A DNA stretch of 64,000 nt from Patescibacteria group bacterium (GTDB lineage: Bacteria > Patescibacteriota > Patescibacteriia > UM-FILTER-42-10), in the NCBI GenBank assembly GCA_041666845.1, contig JBAYGC010000007.1, positions 6,080 through 70,079 on the forward strand, written 5' to 3'. Shown piece by piece: positions 53,399 to 63,099 of this stretch. The position numbers and the translations under genes are program-made. The notes beneath the pieces were generated by a model. It saw only the letters and a program-made list of their open reading frames with translations, was not told where the DNA came from and did not search any database. The number at the start of each line of letters is the position of its first letter. Position 1 is the first letter of the stretch.

Positions 53399-55018
53399 AT
53401 GAAGGACAGTTTGAAAAAAATTATTAATCATATTACTAAAAGTAATTTCCCGTATACTTATTTGGTAATTTTTACTATTGCATTCGGAATTTTCTTTTAT
53501 ATCCAGTATACGCCGGCCTTTCCGGATCCCGATTCCTTTTACCACATGAAAATGGCCCTGCTGATCAGGGATGGCAATCTGGGCCAGGGTTTTCCCTGGC
53601 TCTCGGACTATACTATTCTAGGCAATGCATATACTGACCAGCATTTGCTTTATCATGTATTTCTCATTCCTTTTGTCACTTTGTTTACACCGGCGATCGG
53701 AATAAAAATCGCAACTGTTTTTTTGGGTGCGACATTAATAACAACTTTTTATTGGTTGCTGCGAAAAGAAAAGATTAGATTTGCCTGGTTTTACAGCTTA
53801 TTATTGCTATTTGTGGAACCATTTACTTTTCGGATCAGCCTGGCCAAAGCGCCCTCAGTGTCCATAATATTTTTACTGCTAGTGCTATGGTGTCTTTTCC
53901 GTTACCGGATGAAACTTTTATTTATTTTATCGACGATCTTTGTTTGGGCATATGGCGGATTTTTATTGACCGTAGTATTTGCCGGACTTTATGGGGTGGT
54001 TAATACCCTTTTTGATTTAAGAAAAAATAAAGTAACTGGATTATTAAAACACTATTTTGGGCATGAAAAATCCTGGGTGAAAAAAGTATTGACTGGGAAA
54101 GAGTTAGGTATGGTTCTGGTCAGTGTCGCGGGTATAATGGTCGGTTTGGTGATCAATCCGTATTTCCCGAATAACCTGTCATATTACTGGGCGCAACTGG
54201 TTCAAATCGGGATTGTAAATTATCAGAATATAATCGGGGTAGGTGGTGAATGGTATCCGTATTCAGTCACTGAGCTGGTACCGAATACAGTGTTTCTTTT
54301 TTTAATTTTATTGGCAGCGTTTGTAATCTTTTTCGTTACAATCAAAAAACAAAACAGCAAATCGGTCACGCTTTTGATTCTGACTGTTTTCTTTTTGGCT
54401 TTAACTTTGAAATCACGCCGGTATGTGGAATATTTTGTACCGTTCAGTATGCTATTTAGCGCGTTTGCTTTAAGTCCATTTTTGGCGAAGGTAAGTGTTA
54501 CTGGGATGTTAAAAAAAATACCTTCTTTTTACAACAGTCGGAAGATAATTTTTACCATTCTATTGGTTTATTTTGTGGTAACAATTCCAACAATTGCAAT
54601 TCGCGATCTTAAACAGGAAAGAAATAGTTTTAAGAATGGAATTCCTTATAATAAATTTGAATCGGCCAGCAATTGGCTAGAGAATAATACCCCCGAAGGC
54701 TCTATTGTACTCCATAGCGACTGGGATGAGTTCCCGATTTTGTTCTATCACAACTCACACAATCACTACATTGTAGGTCTGGATCCGACCTTTATGTATA
54801 TCCATAATGAAGATTTATACTGGAAATGGGTGAACATAACCATTGGTAAGGAAAGTAGCGCTTTGTATGATATAATTACCAAAGATTTTAACAATGCAAC
54901 AGTGTTTCTGGAAAAGGATCACACCGCAATGGATCTGAATTTCCAGCAGGATTCTCATTTTAAGCTAGTATATGAGGATGCTGAAGCTAAAATTTATCAA
55001 ATATCCGATAATCAATAA
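53399..55018 (+). CDS. Polytopic membrane protein, GT-C-fold glycosyltransferase-like (YfhO/ArnT/PMT-like)
   Basis: about 540 aa from ATG 53399 (track start 53318 precedes terminator hairpin); more than 10 predicted TM segments followed by soluble C-terminal domain. Confidence 0.45.
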   Translation: MKDSLKKIINHITKSNFPYTYLVIFTIAFGIFFYIQYTPAFPDPDSFYHMKMALLIRDGNLGQGFPWLSDYTILGNAYTDQHLLYHVFLIPFVTLFTPAIGIKIATVFLGATLITTFYWLLRKEKIRFAWFYSLLLLFVEPFTFRISLAKAPSVSIIFLLLVLWCLFRYRMKLLFILSTIFVWAYGGFLLTVVFAGLYGVVNTLFDLRKNKVTGLLKHYFGHEKSWVKKVLTGKELGMVLVSVAGIMVGLVINPYFPNNLSYYWAQLVQIGIVNYQNIIGVGGEWYPYSVTELVPNTVFLFLILLAAFVIFFVTIKKQNSKSVTLLILTVFFLALTLKSRRYVEYFVPFSMLFSAFALSPFLAKVSVTGMLKKIPSFYNSRKIIFTILLVYFVVTIPTIAIRDLKQERNSFKNGIPYNKFESASNWLENNTPEGSIVLHSDWDEFPILFYHNSHNHYIVGLDPTFMYIHNEDLYWKWVNITIGKESSALYDIITKDFNNATVFLEKDHTAMDLNFQQDSHFKLVYEDAEAKIYQISDNQ

Positions 55019-55662
55019 TGAGCGAGATTAGCAAGGAGCAATTAGACGAACAGCATCGGAGCGTTCCGCCGGATTATTACGACCAAGGAATAAAAAAGAA
55101 TATTTTCCAGTGGATCTGGCATAAAGGAAGGACCAATATTTTACCGGAGGCACTGGCGGGGGTTGGCCACAAAGTGCTTGATGTCGGCTGTCATGGCGGT
55201 TTTTTTACCAATGAAATTGCAAAAATTATTGGTAACGATATATTAGGGGTTGATATTTCTGAGAGCGCAATTAATTATGCAAAAAATAAATATCCGGAAT
55301 TGAGTTTTGTCACCGCTGATATAGGAAAAAAATTTGACCTGCCGGACAATACTTTTAATACCGTGACAGCGTTTGACGTGGTTGAACATATTCCGAATTT
55401 GAACTTTGTCTCTCAGGAAATAAACAGGGTATTGAAACCTGGTGGCGTGTTTGTGATGGGAATACCCAGAGAAAACATGCTGTTTAAAGCGGTTTGGTAT
55501 TTCTGGACCAAAAGCAAGGGGAAGGTCTGGCACGATGTCCATGTCCACGAATTTTCTGAGAGCAATCTGAAGAAATATTTCGAAGCGAACGGATTTAAGA
55601 AAATATTCGACAAGAAAATTCATCTTGGCATGTATTGGGTAATCAAATATCAAAAGATTTAA
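55018..55662 (+). CDS. Class I SAM-dependent methyltransferase
   Basis: 214 aa; VLDVGCHGGFFT motif I; start overlaps previous stop (ATGA). Confidence 0.7.
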   Translation: MSEISKEQLDEQHRSVPPDYYDQGIKKNIFQWIWHKGRTNILPEALAGVGHKVLDVGCHGGFFTNEIAKIIGNDILGVDISESAINYAKNKYPELSFVTADIGKKFDLPDNTFNTVTAFDVVEHIPNLNFVSQEINRVLKPGGVFVMGIPRENMLFKAVWYFWTKSKGKVWHDVHVHEFSESNLKKYFEANGFKKIFDKKIHLGMYWVIKYQKI

Positions 55663-55666
55663 GTAT

Positions 55667-56974
55667 ATGAAAAAGAGCATATCATTGACCGGAATAATAT
55701 TGTTCCTACTTGTGACGATCCGACTGGCTACCACCGAATATGATTCCAGTTTTGGGCTGGTTTTTACTTACTCGGTATCGTTTATTATTCTTTTCTCCTA
55801 TTTTTTATTGGACATTATACCTCGAGTCAAGGATGATATTATCAAATCAATGAAGGTTGTTCTGTTGATTTTGTTGATGATGATTTTAATTGTCATTCCT
55901 GTTGTATCAAATATGTATAACCGGGTCGAGGGCGACCCGCGAGCGCTTTATCATGACGGAATTGTCCAGACAGAGGAGGCAATCAAATTTTTGTTTGCTG
56001 GTAAGAATTTCTACACTGAGGATTATACCAACACTCCGGTCGCGGACTGGAGTGAAGGCAAAATATCGGAGCTGATCAGCAGGGAAACTATCGTAAACCC
56101 CGCTATCTACCACAATATTTACTTACCTTTTTATATTTTAGTATCAGCGCCGTTTTATTGGGTTAGTCATATGATTTTTGACTGGTACGACCAAAGAATA
56201 ATTTTGTTATTGGCATTGGCGGGAGTAATATGGCTACTGTTTAAAAAGGGTGGGATGAGCGAAAAGACATTATTTGTAACAGTACTATTTGCATTAAACC
56301 CCATGTTCTTAAGGTTTTTTATTGAGGGAAGAAACGATATTTTTACGATATTTTTAATTACTTTTTCCGTTTATTTATTGTCAAAGAAGAAGTTATTATT
56401 GTCATCAATTCCTTTTGCCTTGGCCTGTGTCAGCAAGCATACCGCCTGGCTTCTGCTTCCTTTTTATTGGTGGTTTGTATACTTTCAGGTATCCGATCAG
56501 TCCAAAAAAATCACGGACAATATTAAAACAACCTTGAAGAAAATCTACCCGATTTTCATAATCGGGGCAGTATTCATTGTACCGTTTTTAGTTTGGGATT
56601 TTGGTGCTTTCTGGGAAGACGTCTTTCTTTATCCTAGCGGAAAGTTAGTAACCAGTTATCCAATCACCGGATACGGCTTTTCCCAATTGATGCTGATGGC
56701 GAAAATTGGTGTTAAGACTATTCATGATTATTACCCGTTTTGGATTCTGCAATTAATCGTTTCCGCTCCCTTGCTGTTCTTTCTGTATCGCTATCAAAAA
56801 AGAAACAAAACAGTCAGCGCGATGCTGGTAAGCTACGGTATATTTATTTTTGTCTTCTGGTTGTTCTCCAGATTTTTTAATGACAATTATATCACTTACA
56901 TATTCAGCATTTTAATTATTGCGTATTTTTTTAACCAGGACGAGTCTAACCCAATCATTAAAGGAATATCATAA
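55667..56974 (+). CDS. Polytopic membrane protein, GT-C-like (DUF2029/GT87-like)
   Basis: 435 aa; multiple TM; acidic loop near N-terminus (RVEGDPRALYHDG). Confidence 0.4.
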   Translation: MKKSISLTGIILFLLVTIRLATTEYDSSFGLVFTYSVSFIILFSYFLLDIIPRVKDDIIKSMKVVLLILLMMILIVIPVVSNMYNRVEGDPRALYHDGIVQTEEAIKFLFAGKNFYTEDYTNTPVADWSEGKISELISRETIVNPAIYHNIYLPFYILVSAPFYWVSHMIFDWYDQRIILLLALAGVIWLLFKKGGMSEKTLFVTVLFALNPMFLRFFIEGRNDIFTIFLITFSVYLLSKKKLLLSSIPFALACVSKHTAWLLLPFYWWFVYFQVSDQSKKITDNIKTTLKKIYPIFIIGAVFIVPFLVWDFGAFWEDVFLYPSGKLVTSYPITGYGFSQLMLMAKIGVKTIHDYYPFWILQLIVSAPLLFFLYRYQKRNKTVSAMLVSYGIFIFVFWLFSRFFNDNYITYIFSILIIAYFFNQDESNPIIKGIS

Positions 56975-57651
56975 TGAAACTTTCAATTATCATACCTGTT
57001 TATAACGAAAAAAATACTTTCAACAAGATTATTGAAAAAGTGAAAGCGGTTCCTTATGAAAAAGAAATTATTGTTGTTGATGACGGTTCTGAGGACGGCA
57101 CCCGGGAAATTCTAAAAAACTTCAGTGATCCCGAAGTGCAAATATATTATCACGAAAAAAATTATGGCAAAGGCCGGGCAATCAGAACCGGGTTTGAACA
57201 CATAACGGGGGATGTTGTTTTGATCCAGGATGCTGATCTGGAATATGACCCGCAGGAATACGGCATCCTTCTGAAGCCGATCCAGGAAGGAAAGGCGGAA
57301 GTTGTCTATGGTTCTAGGTTTCGAGGAGAGGGTAAGGCAATGCTTTTTTGGCATGCGATCGGTAATAAATTTCTCACTTTCATGACGAATTTGCTTTATG
57401 ATACAACAATCACTGATATGGAAACATGCTATAAAGTTTTTAAAGCGGATGTGATTAAGAGTCTAAAGCTGACTGCGGATCGTTTCAACATTGAACCGGA
57501 GATCACGGCAAAAGTTCTGAAAAAAGGATACCGAATTTATGAAGTCCCGATTTCCTATACGGGCAGAGAATATGATGAAGGTAAGAAAATTACTTGGCGC
57601 GACGGCTTTATTGCCTTGTGGACACTCATTAAATATCGTTTCGTAAAATAA
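56974..57651 (+). CDS. GT2 polyprenyl-phosphate glycosyltransferase (Dpm1/GtrB-like)
   Basis: 225 aa; LSIIIPVYNE, VVDDGSEDGT, DADL (DxD) motifs. Confidence 0.8.
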   Translation: MKLSIIIPVYNEKNTFNKIIEKVKAVPYEKEIIVVDDGSEDGTREILKNFSDPEVQIYYHEKNYGKGRAIRTGFEHITGDVVLIQDADLEYDPQEYGILLKPIQEGKAEVVYGSRFRGEGKAMLFWHAIGNKFLTFMTNLLYDTTITDMETCYKVFKADVIKSLKLTADRFNIEPEITAKVLKKGYRIYEVPISYTGREYDEGKKITWRDGFIALWTLIKYRFVK

Positions 57652-57684
57652 AAATTTCTCTAATTTCTGTTTTCTGATTGAGAT

Positions 57685-58977
57685 ATGATAAGTTTACCGA
57701 GCAAAGCAAGAACAATATTGTTATTTGTGCTAATATTTTTGGTTTATATCAGTTCCGTTCGTTTTCTTGGCACAATTGATGGGGCGCCGACCAGAATGTT
57801 GCCGATCAGCATATTGAAGGAGGGGGATTTTGATCTGGATGAATATGTGCCGGCAAGGCAGGATGATTTTGTTTGGTTTGTACTGATCGAAACCACTGAC
57901 GGGCATTTTATTTCCAAATATCCGGTATTATCATCAATATTAGCTCTGCCTTTTTATGCCATACCACATTTTTTGGGTATAGGATTCACCACCGCAATTA
58001 TTATTACTTTGTCTAAAATATCAGCAGCCTTTATCACTGCCATATCCGCAATATTATTATTGTTCATTTTTCGGAAATATCTTTCAGAGAAATGGTCGGT
58101 ATTTTTGACTATTGCCTATGCTTTTGGTACTAGTAGCTGGACAGTGTCAAGCCAAGATTTGTGGCAACACGGCGCCAGCCAGCTATTTCTGATTTTGACC
58201 GTCTATTTATTGTTGAAACCTAAAAAAAGTGATCTGAGATTTTTATTGATCGGAGTTGTTATCGGCTTGTCAATTGCCGCACGTTATTTAAATGTCATTT
58301 TTGGGGCAGTATATTTAATCTTTATATTATATAAGTACCGGACAAAAATATTTTCTACATTGCTCGGGGTGCTTGTTCCGCTGTCCTTGGTTTTAATCTA
58401 TCAATCATATTATTTGGATAATCCATTCCAAACGGGGTACAGTTGTAATGCATATAGTAACCGTTCCTTTGCCTGCATTGAAGGTTGGTACAGTGAATTC
58501 TGGGATGGGTTCGGCGGGCTATTAATCAGTCCAAGCCGGGGCTTGTTTATTTTTACTCCATTCCTGATATTTAGTTTGATTGGAATGTGGTTGATTTGGA
58601 AGCGAAATAAAAAAGAAGTGCGAGATTATAATCTGCTTTTCAAGTTTACTTCGATTGGCGTACTAATATTTGTTGTAGTTATGAGTAAATGGTGGGCGTG
58701 GTATGGTGGGGTTACATACGGTCCAAGAATGTTGGCTGATATTACTCCACTTATGATGTTATTTTTTATTCCCTTATTAAGAAGTGAATTGTTCAAAAGA
58801 AAAGTTGTCCCGGCTATTTTTATTTTGTTGGTAGTGTTTTCTATTATTAACCAATTCACTGGTATTATTTTCTGGGATGGTTCGTGGCAAAAAGCAGACA
58901 CTCTGTCTGCTGATCATGCATGGCTCTGGGATTGGGGGAATAGTCAATTAATTTATTATATAAAAATGTTTTTTTGA
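57685..58977 (+). CDS. Polytopic membrane protein, GT-C-fold glycosyltransferase-like
   Basis: 430 aa, about 12 TM; overlaps next gene by 4 nt. Confidence 0.45.
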   Translation: MISLPSKARTILLFVLIFLVYISSVRFLGTIDGAPTRMLPISILKEGDFDLDEYVPARQDDFVWFVLIETTDGHFISKYPVLSSILALPFYAIPHFLGIGFTTAIIITLSKISAAFITAISAILLLFIFRKYLSEKWSVFLTIAYAFGTSSWTVSSQDLWQHGASQLFLILTVYLLLKPKKSDLRFLLIGVVIGLSIAARYLNVIFGAVYLIFILYKYRTKIFSTLLGVLVPLSLVLIYQSYYLDNPFQTGYSCNAYSNRSFACIEGWYSEFWDGFGGLLISPSRGLFIFTPFLIFSLIGMWLIWKRNKKEVRDYNLLFKFTSIGVLIFVVVMSKWWAWYGGVTYGPRMLADITPLMMLFFIPLLRSELFKRKVVPAIFILLVVFSIINQFTGIIFWDGSWQKADTLSADHAWLWDWGNSQLIYYIKMFF

Positions 58978-60671
58978 TGATAAACGCTAAAATATTTTCA
59001 AACATAAAAAAACATCTATTAATAATCACGTTATTTGTTGTTTTAACTGTGGTGATGACTTATCCGTGGGTTAACCATATGGATACGTGGGTGCATGACG
59101 GGGCGGATTCTTATTTTATCGCGTGGAACCTGGCATGGGACGTAAATTCATTTCAAAATGATGTCGGTAATATATTTAATGCCAATATTTTTTATCCGCA
59201 TGATAATACCCTGGCCTATTCCGAGCATCTGATCGGCACGGCATTATTGGTGTGGCCGATTCTGGCTCTAACTCATAACCCGATTCTGGCATATAACATT
59301 GTGACCTTCATATTCTTTGTTCTGGGTGCCTATTGCATGTATTTGTTTATGTTCAAACTTACACGTAATTTACCCGTTTCGATTATCAGTGCCATAATTT
59401 TCGGGTTTAACCCGTATCGAGTAATTCATTTCAGCCAGATTCATTTGCAGGTAATCTTTTTCTTCCCCTTGATTTTATTGATCTTACATCGGTTATTTGA
59501 ATCCAAAAAACACCGGGATTTTATTTTTTTGATTTTAGCCTACGTCACGTTGGGTTATATGAGTATGCACTATCTGTTAATGATGGCTGTTGTTACAATA
59601 GTGTTCTCAGTTTTCTATTTTGCCGCCATTGATAAAAAATTGCCGGAAAAGAAATTCATTATTAAGCTGGGGTTAGCCTTTTTTCTGGTTATTCTAGCTA
59701 TTTTGCCGGTGTATTACCCGTATTTTTTTGCACATGATGAAAACGGTTACAGCCGTTCCTATAGCATGATTACGACTTACTCACCGACTGTCATGGATTA
59801 TCTAGCTTTCTCTCCACTAATTACAAAAATTGTCGGTTTTCCCAATACGATAGAGAGAGTGCTGTATACCGGGTTTACAGTAGTAATATTGTTTTTTGTC
59901 AGTTTATATTATCTGATCAAGCGGCGCATTGTAGATCAGAAAACAATTGAGATTCTTTTGCTCTATCTGCTGATCGGTGCGGTTTGCGTATTATTGTCAT
60001 TTGGTATTTTGGTGCGGTTTACGACGGACGGTGGCGGGGTGGTCGGTCCGTATATATTTTTCTATAAATTAATTCCCGGGTTTGACGGTCTGCGCGCTTT
60101 GGGGAGATTTTTTGTTGTTGTTCTGCTTTCAATCAGCGTTGTTATTGGTCTGGGGTTAAACCAGATGTTGAGAAGAATCAAAAAGAGATTTATTTATGGT
60201 TCGGTCGTTATTTTGGTTGCCTCATTAATAATGGTCGAATATCTCTGGGTACCGCCATTTCAGCCGGTGGAATACCGTGAGGCGTTGATTGATAATAAAA
60301 TTCCGGAAGTGTATCATTGGCTCGCGGAGAAGTCGGATGACTCGGTGATTCTTGAATTACCTTTGGATGTTAACTTGAGAAAAAGCACCGAATATATGTA
60401 TTTATCCGTATATCACTGGAAAAAAATGATCAACGGGTACAGCGGGTTTTTCCCAGAAGATTATATCAAGCTGGAAAAAATGATTGCGGACAATTTTACC
60501 GGTGATGAAACTCAAAATGAAATATCGAAAGCGGGCGTGAAATATATAATCGTACATTTTGGCGTCCAATCAAAATTTACTACTCAAATAACACCCGAAG
60601 GATTAGACCAACTGCCAAAACTCAGACTGATAGAAACTTTCGGGACCGACTACGTTTATGAAGTAATATAG
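58974..60671 (+). CDS. Polytopic membrane protein (GT-C/YfhO-like), tandem paralog 1
   Basis: 565 aa; strong similarity to 60677-62365 product (e.g. NIFNANIFYPHDNTLAYSEHLIG vs DIFNANIFYPNKNTLAYSENLIG). Confidence 0.45.
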   Translation: MMINAKIFSNIKKHLLIITLFVVLTVVMTYPWVNHMDTWVHDGADSYFIAWNLAWDVNSFQNDVGNIFNANIFYPHDNTLAYSEHLIGTALLVWPILALTHNPILAYNIVTFIFFVLGAYCMYLFMFKLTRNLPVSIISAIIFGFNPYRVIHFSQIHLQVIFFFPLILLILHRLFESKKHRDFIFLILAYVTLGYMSMHYLLMMAVVTIVFSVFYFAAIDKKLPEKKFIIKLGLAFFLVILAILPVYYPYFFAHDENGYSRSYSMITTYSPTVMDYLAFSPLITKIVGFPNTIERVLYTGFTVVILFFVSLYYLIKRRIVDQKTIEILLLYLLIGAVCVLLSFGILVRFTTDGGGVVGPYIFFYKLIPGFDGLRALGRFFVVVLLSISVVIGLGLNQMLRRIKKRFIYGSVVILVASLIMVEYLWVPPFQPVEYREALIDNKIPEVYHWLAEKSDDSVILELPLDVNLRKSTEYMYLSVYHWKKMINGYSGFFPEDYIKLEKMIADNFTGDETQNEISKAGVKYIIVHFGVQSKFTTQITPEGLDQLPKLRLIETFGTDYVYEVI

Positions 60672-60676
60672 CAAAT

Positions 60677-62365
60677 ATGGGTAATCATCCATTGAAGAGA
60701 AATAGTCTGGCGGTGGTAATATTTTTATTGCTGACATTTTTGATGACTTTCCCATGGGGTGCCCGGCTGGCAACGTCGGTACAGGCCAGCAGTGATTCCT
60801 ATTTCAATATATGGACAATTGCCTGGGACGTTCATATGTTTCAGGAAAATCCTACCGATATATTTAATGCTAATATATTCTATCCGAATAAAAACACACT
60901 GGCCTATTCTGAAAATCTGATCGGATCTGCATTATTTGCCTGGCCGGTTATTGCTTTGAGCGGTAATCCAGTTTTGGCTTACAATATAATTATCTTTATA
61001 TTTTTTGTTCTAGCCGGTTACTGCATGTATCTGTTGGCTTATTATTTTACAAAAAATTTTCCGGTCTCTATCTTAGGCGGTATCATCTACGGCTTTAATG
61101 CATATATGTTTTTGCATTTTAATCTGTTGCATATCATGGCAGTATTTTTTTTCCCTTTGATTTTTTTGATTATGCATAAGCTGGTTGAATCGGAGAAAAG
61201 GAAGTACTTTGCCTATTTTATCGTTACTTTCACACTGCTTGGCTATATGAGTATGCATTTTTTTATGATGCTATTATTGTTTATCCCGGTTTATTTATTG
61301 GTATATTACGGGGTGATAAAAAGAAAAATGCCAAGCAAAAAAATCATCGTCAATTTTGTTATTTCCTTTATTATATCTACTATCATTATTCTGCCTGTTT
61401 TTTATCCCTATCTCACATTACGCACCAACATTGAATATGACCGTTCATATGCCATGGTCAACCAGTTTTCACCGACAGTCACTGACTATCTTACATTTTC
61501 ACCAATGCTTATGGGTCTATTTGAATTACCGAAAAATATTTTTAAGACATACATTTATTCCGGCTTTACCGTATTATTTTTGGTCATTTTCAGTATAATA
61601 ATGCTGATAAAAAAGTATTACAGACAGAAGGAAATTATTAATATATCCTCCCTTTATATTATTATTGGTTTTGTTGCCTTCATTATGTCTTTTGGCGTAG
61701 TGATCAGATTTTCCGAAAACGACCCGGGTGTTGTCGGGCCGTTTATGTTACTTTTTGAATTTGTTCCGGGATTTTCCAGTCTCAGGGCGCTTGGCAGGTT
61801 TTCGATCGTAATACTGCTCTCGATGAGTGTGATCATAACTATAATTTTGAATCAGTATATGACCAGGTTCAAAAAAAAGTTTGTGTATGTCGGGATGCTG
61901 CTGATCATCAGTTGTCTGGTTATCCTGGAATATATGATTATCCCACCGTTGAAGCCGGTTAATTTGGAAACGGTCAAAACCGGTTCAAATATACCGGAAG
62001 TTTATCGCTGGCTATCGGAGCAAAAAGACGATACAGTCATACTCGAGTTGCCGATTTGGGTAAATGGTATGGAAGAAACTGCAAAGTATCAGTATTATTC
62101 GGCATTCCATTGGCACAGGCAAATGCACGGGTATAGTGGTTATTATCCGCCCGAATACCGAAAAATATTTATCAAGCCATTAAAAGATTTGCTGAATGAT
62201 GATACTATTAAAGAAATCCGGGCAGTTGGAGTTGATTACATAATATTGCACACCGGTGCTTCGATGGAATTCGCAAAAGAATTAAGAGAAGCGGATGTCA
62301 AAAACAATCAGAATCTTCAGTTAATAGAAATATTTGGTAGCGATTGGGTGTATCAAATAAAATAA
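60677..62365 (+). CDS. Polytopic membrane protein (GT-C/YfhO-like), tandem paralog 2
   Basis: 562 aa; same architecture as preceding gene. Confidence 0.45.
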   Translation: MGNHPLKRNSLAVVIFLLLTFLMTFPWGARLATSVQASSDSYFNIWTIAWDVHMFQENPTDIFNANIFYPNKNTLAYSENLIGSALFAWPVIALSGNPVLAYNIIIFIFFVLAGYCMYLLAYYFTKNFPVSILGGIIYGFNAYMFLHFNLLHIMAVFFFPLIFLIMHKLVESEKRKYFAYFIVTFTLLGYMSMHFFMMLLLFIPVYLLVYYGVIKRKMPSKKIIVNFVISFIISTIIILPVFYPYLTLRTNIEYDRSYAMVNQFSPTVTDYLTFSPMLMGLFELPKNIFKTYIYSGFTVLFLVIFSIIMLIKKYYRQKEIINISSLYIIIGFVAFIMSFGVVIRFSENDPGVVGPFMLLFEFVPGFSSLRALGRFSIVILLSMSVIITIILNQYMTRFKKKFVYVGMLLIISCLVILEYMIIPPLKPVNLETVKTGSNIPEVYRWLSEQKDDTVILELPIWVNGMEETAKYQYYSAFHWHRQMHGYSGYYPPEYRKIFIKPLKDLLNDDTIKEIRAVGVDYIILHTGASMEFAKELREADVKNNQNLQLIEIFGSDWVYQIK

Positions 62366-62391
62366 TATAATATAATCACCATTATAAAGAC

Positions 62392-63096
62392 ATGAAATCG
62401 GTAATAATCGTCCCAACATATAATGAAAAAGACAATATAGAAATATTGATCAGAAGAATTGCCGATTTATCAATTACTGATCTTTTTGTTTGCGTTGTCG
62501 ATGATAACTCTCCCGATGGAACCGGGAAAATCGTTGATCAATTGGCCGTTCAGTTTCCCTTTGTGACGGTCATCCACAGGGATCAGAAACTAGGTCTAGG
62601 GAGCGCATATGTGGCCGGGTTCAAGAATGCTTTGCAGGCTGGTGCAGATTTTGTTTTTGAAATGGATTCGGATTTGTCCCACAATCCTGATGACATACCC
62701 AGGTTCTTAGTGGAAGCAAGAAATGGAAATGATATTGTCATCGGTTCGCGCCGGATTCCGAAGGGTGGCGTTGAGAATTGGGGGATTATAAGAAATCTAA
62801 TGAGCAAAGGAGCGATGTGGTTCTCCAGGGTGATGCTGAGTTTAAAAACTCACGACGTTACTTCCGGGTACCGATGTTATGCACGCAGAGTAATTGAAGC
62901 GATTGATTGGAACCAAATAAAAGGAAATGGCTATTCCTTTCAAGAAGAGACAATTTATTTGTGCGAAAAAAAAGGTTTTAAAGTAAAAGAAATACCGATC
63001 GTATTCAAGGATCGTACTTATGGGCATTCCAAACTTTCAAAGAAAGAAATAGTAAATTTTTTCATTACAATTGTAAAACTTCGTTTAAAAAAATAG
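62392..63096 (+). CDS. GT2 dolichyl/polyprenyl-phosphate mannose(hexose) synthase (Dpm1/Ppm1-like)
   Basis: 234 aa; IIVPTYNE, VVDDNSPDGT, DSDLSH (DxD), typical DPM synthase length. Confidence 0.8.
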   Translation: MKSVIIVPTYNEKDNIEILIRRIADLSITDLFVCVVDDNSPDGTGKIVDQLAVQFPFVTVIHRDQKLGLGSAYVAGFKNALQAGADFVFEMDSDLSHNPDDIPRFLVEARNGNDIVIGSRRIPKGGVENWGIIRNLMSKGAMWFSRVMLSLKTHDVTSGYRCYARRVIEAIDWNQIKGNGYSFQEETIYLCEKKGFKVKEIPIVFKDRTYGHSKLSKKEIVNFFITIVKLRLKK

Positions 63097-63099
63097 TCA

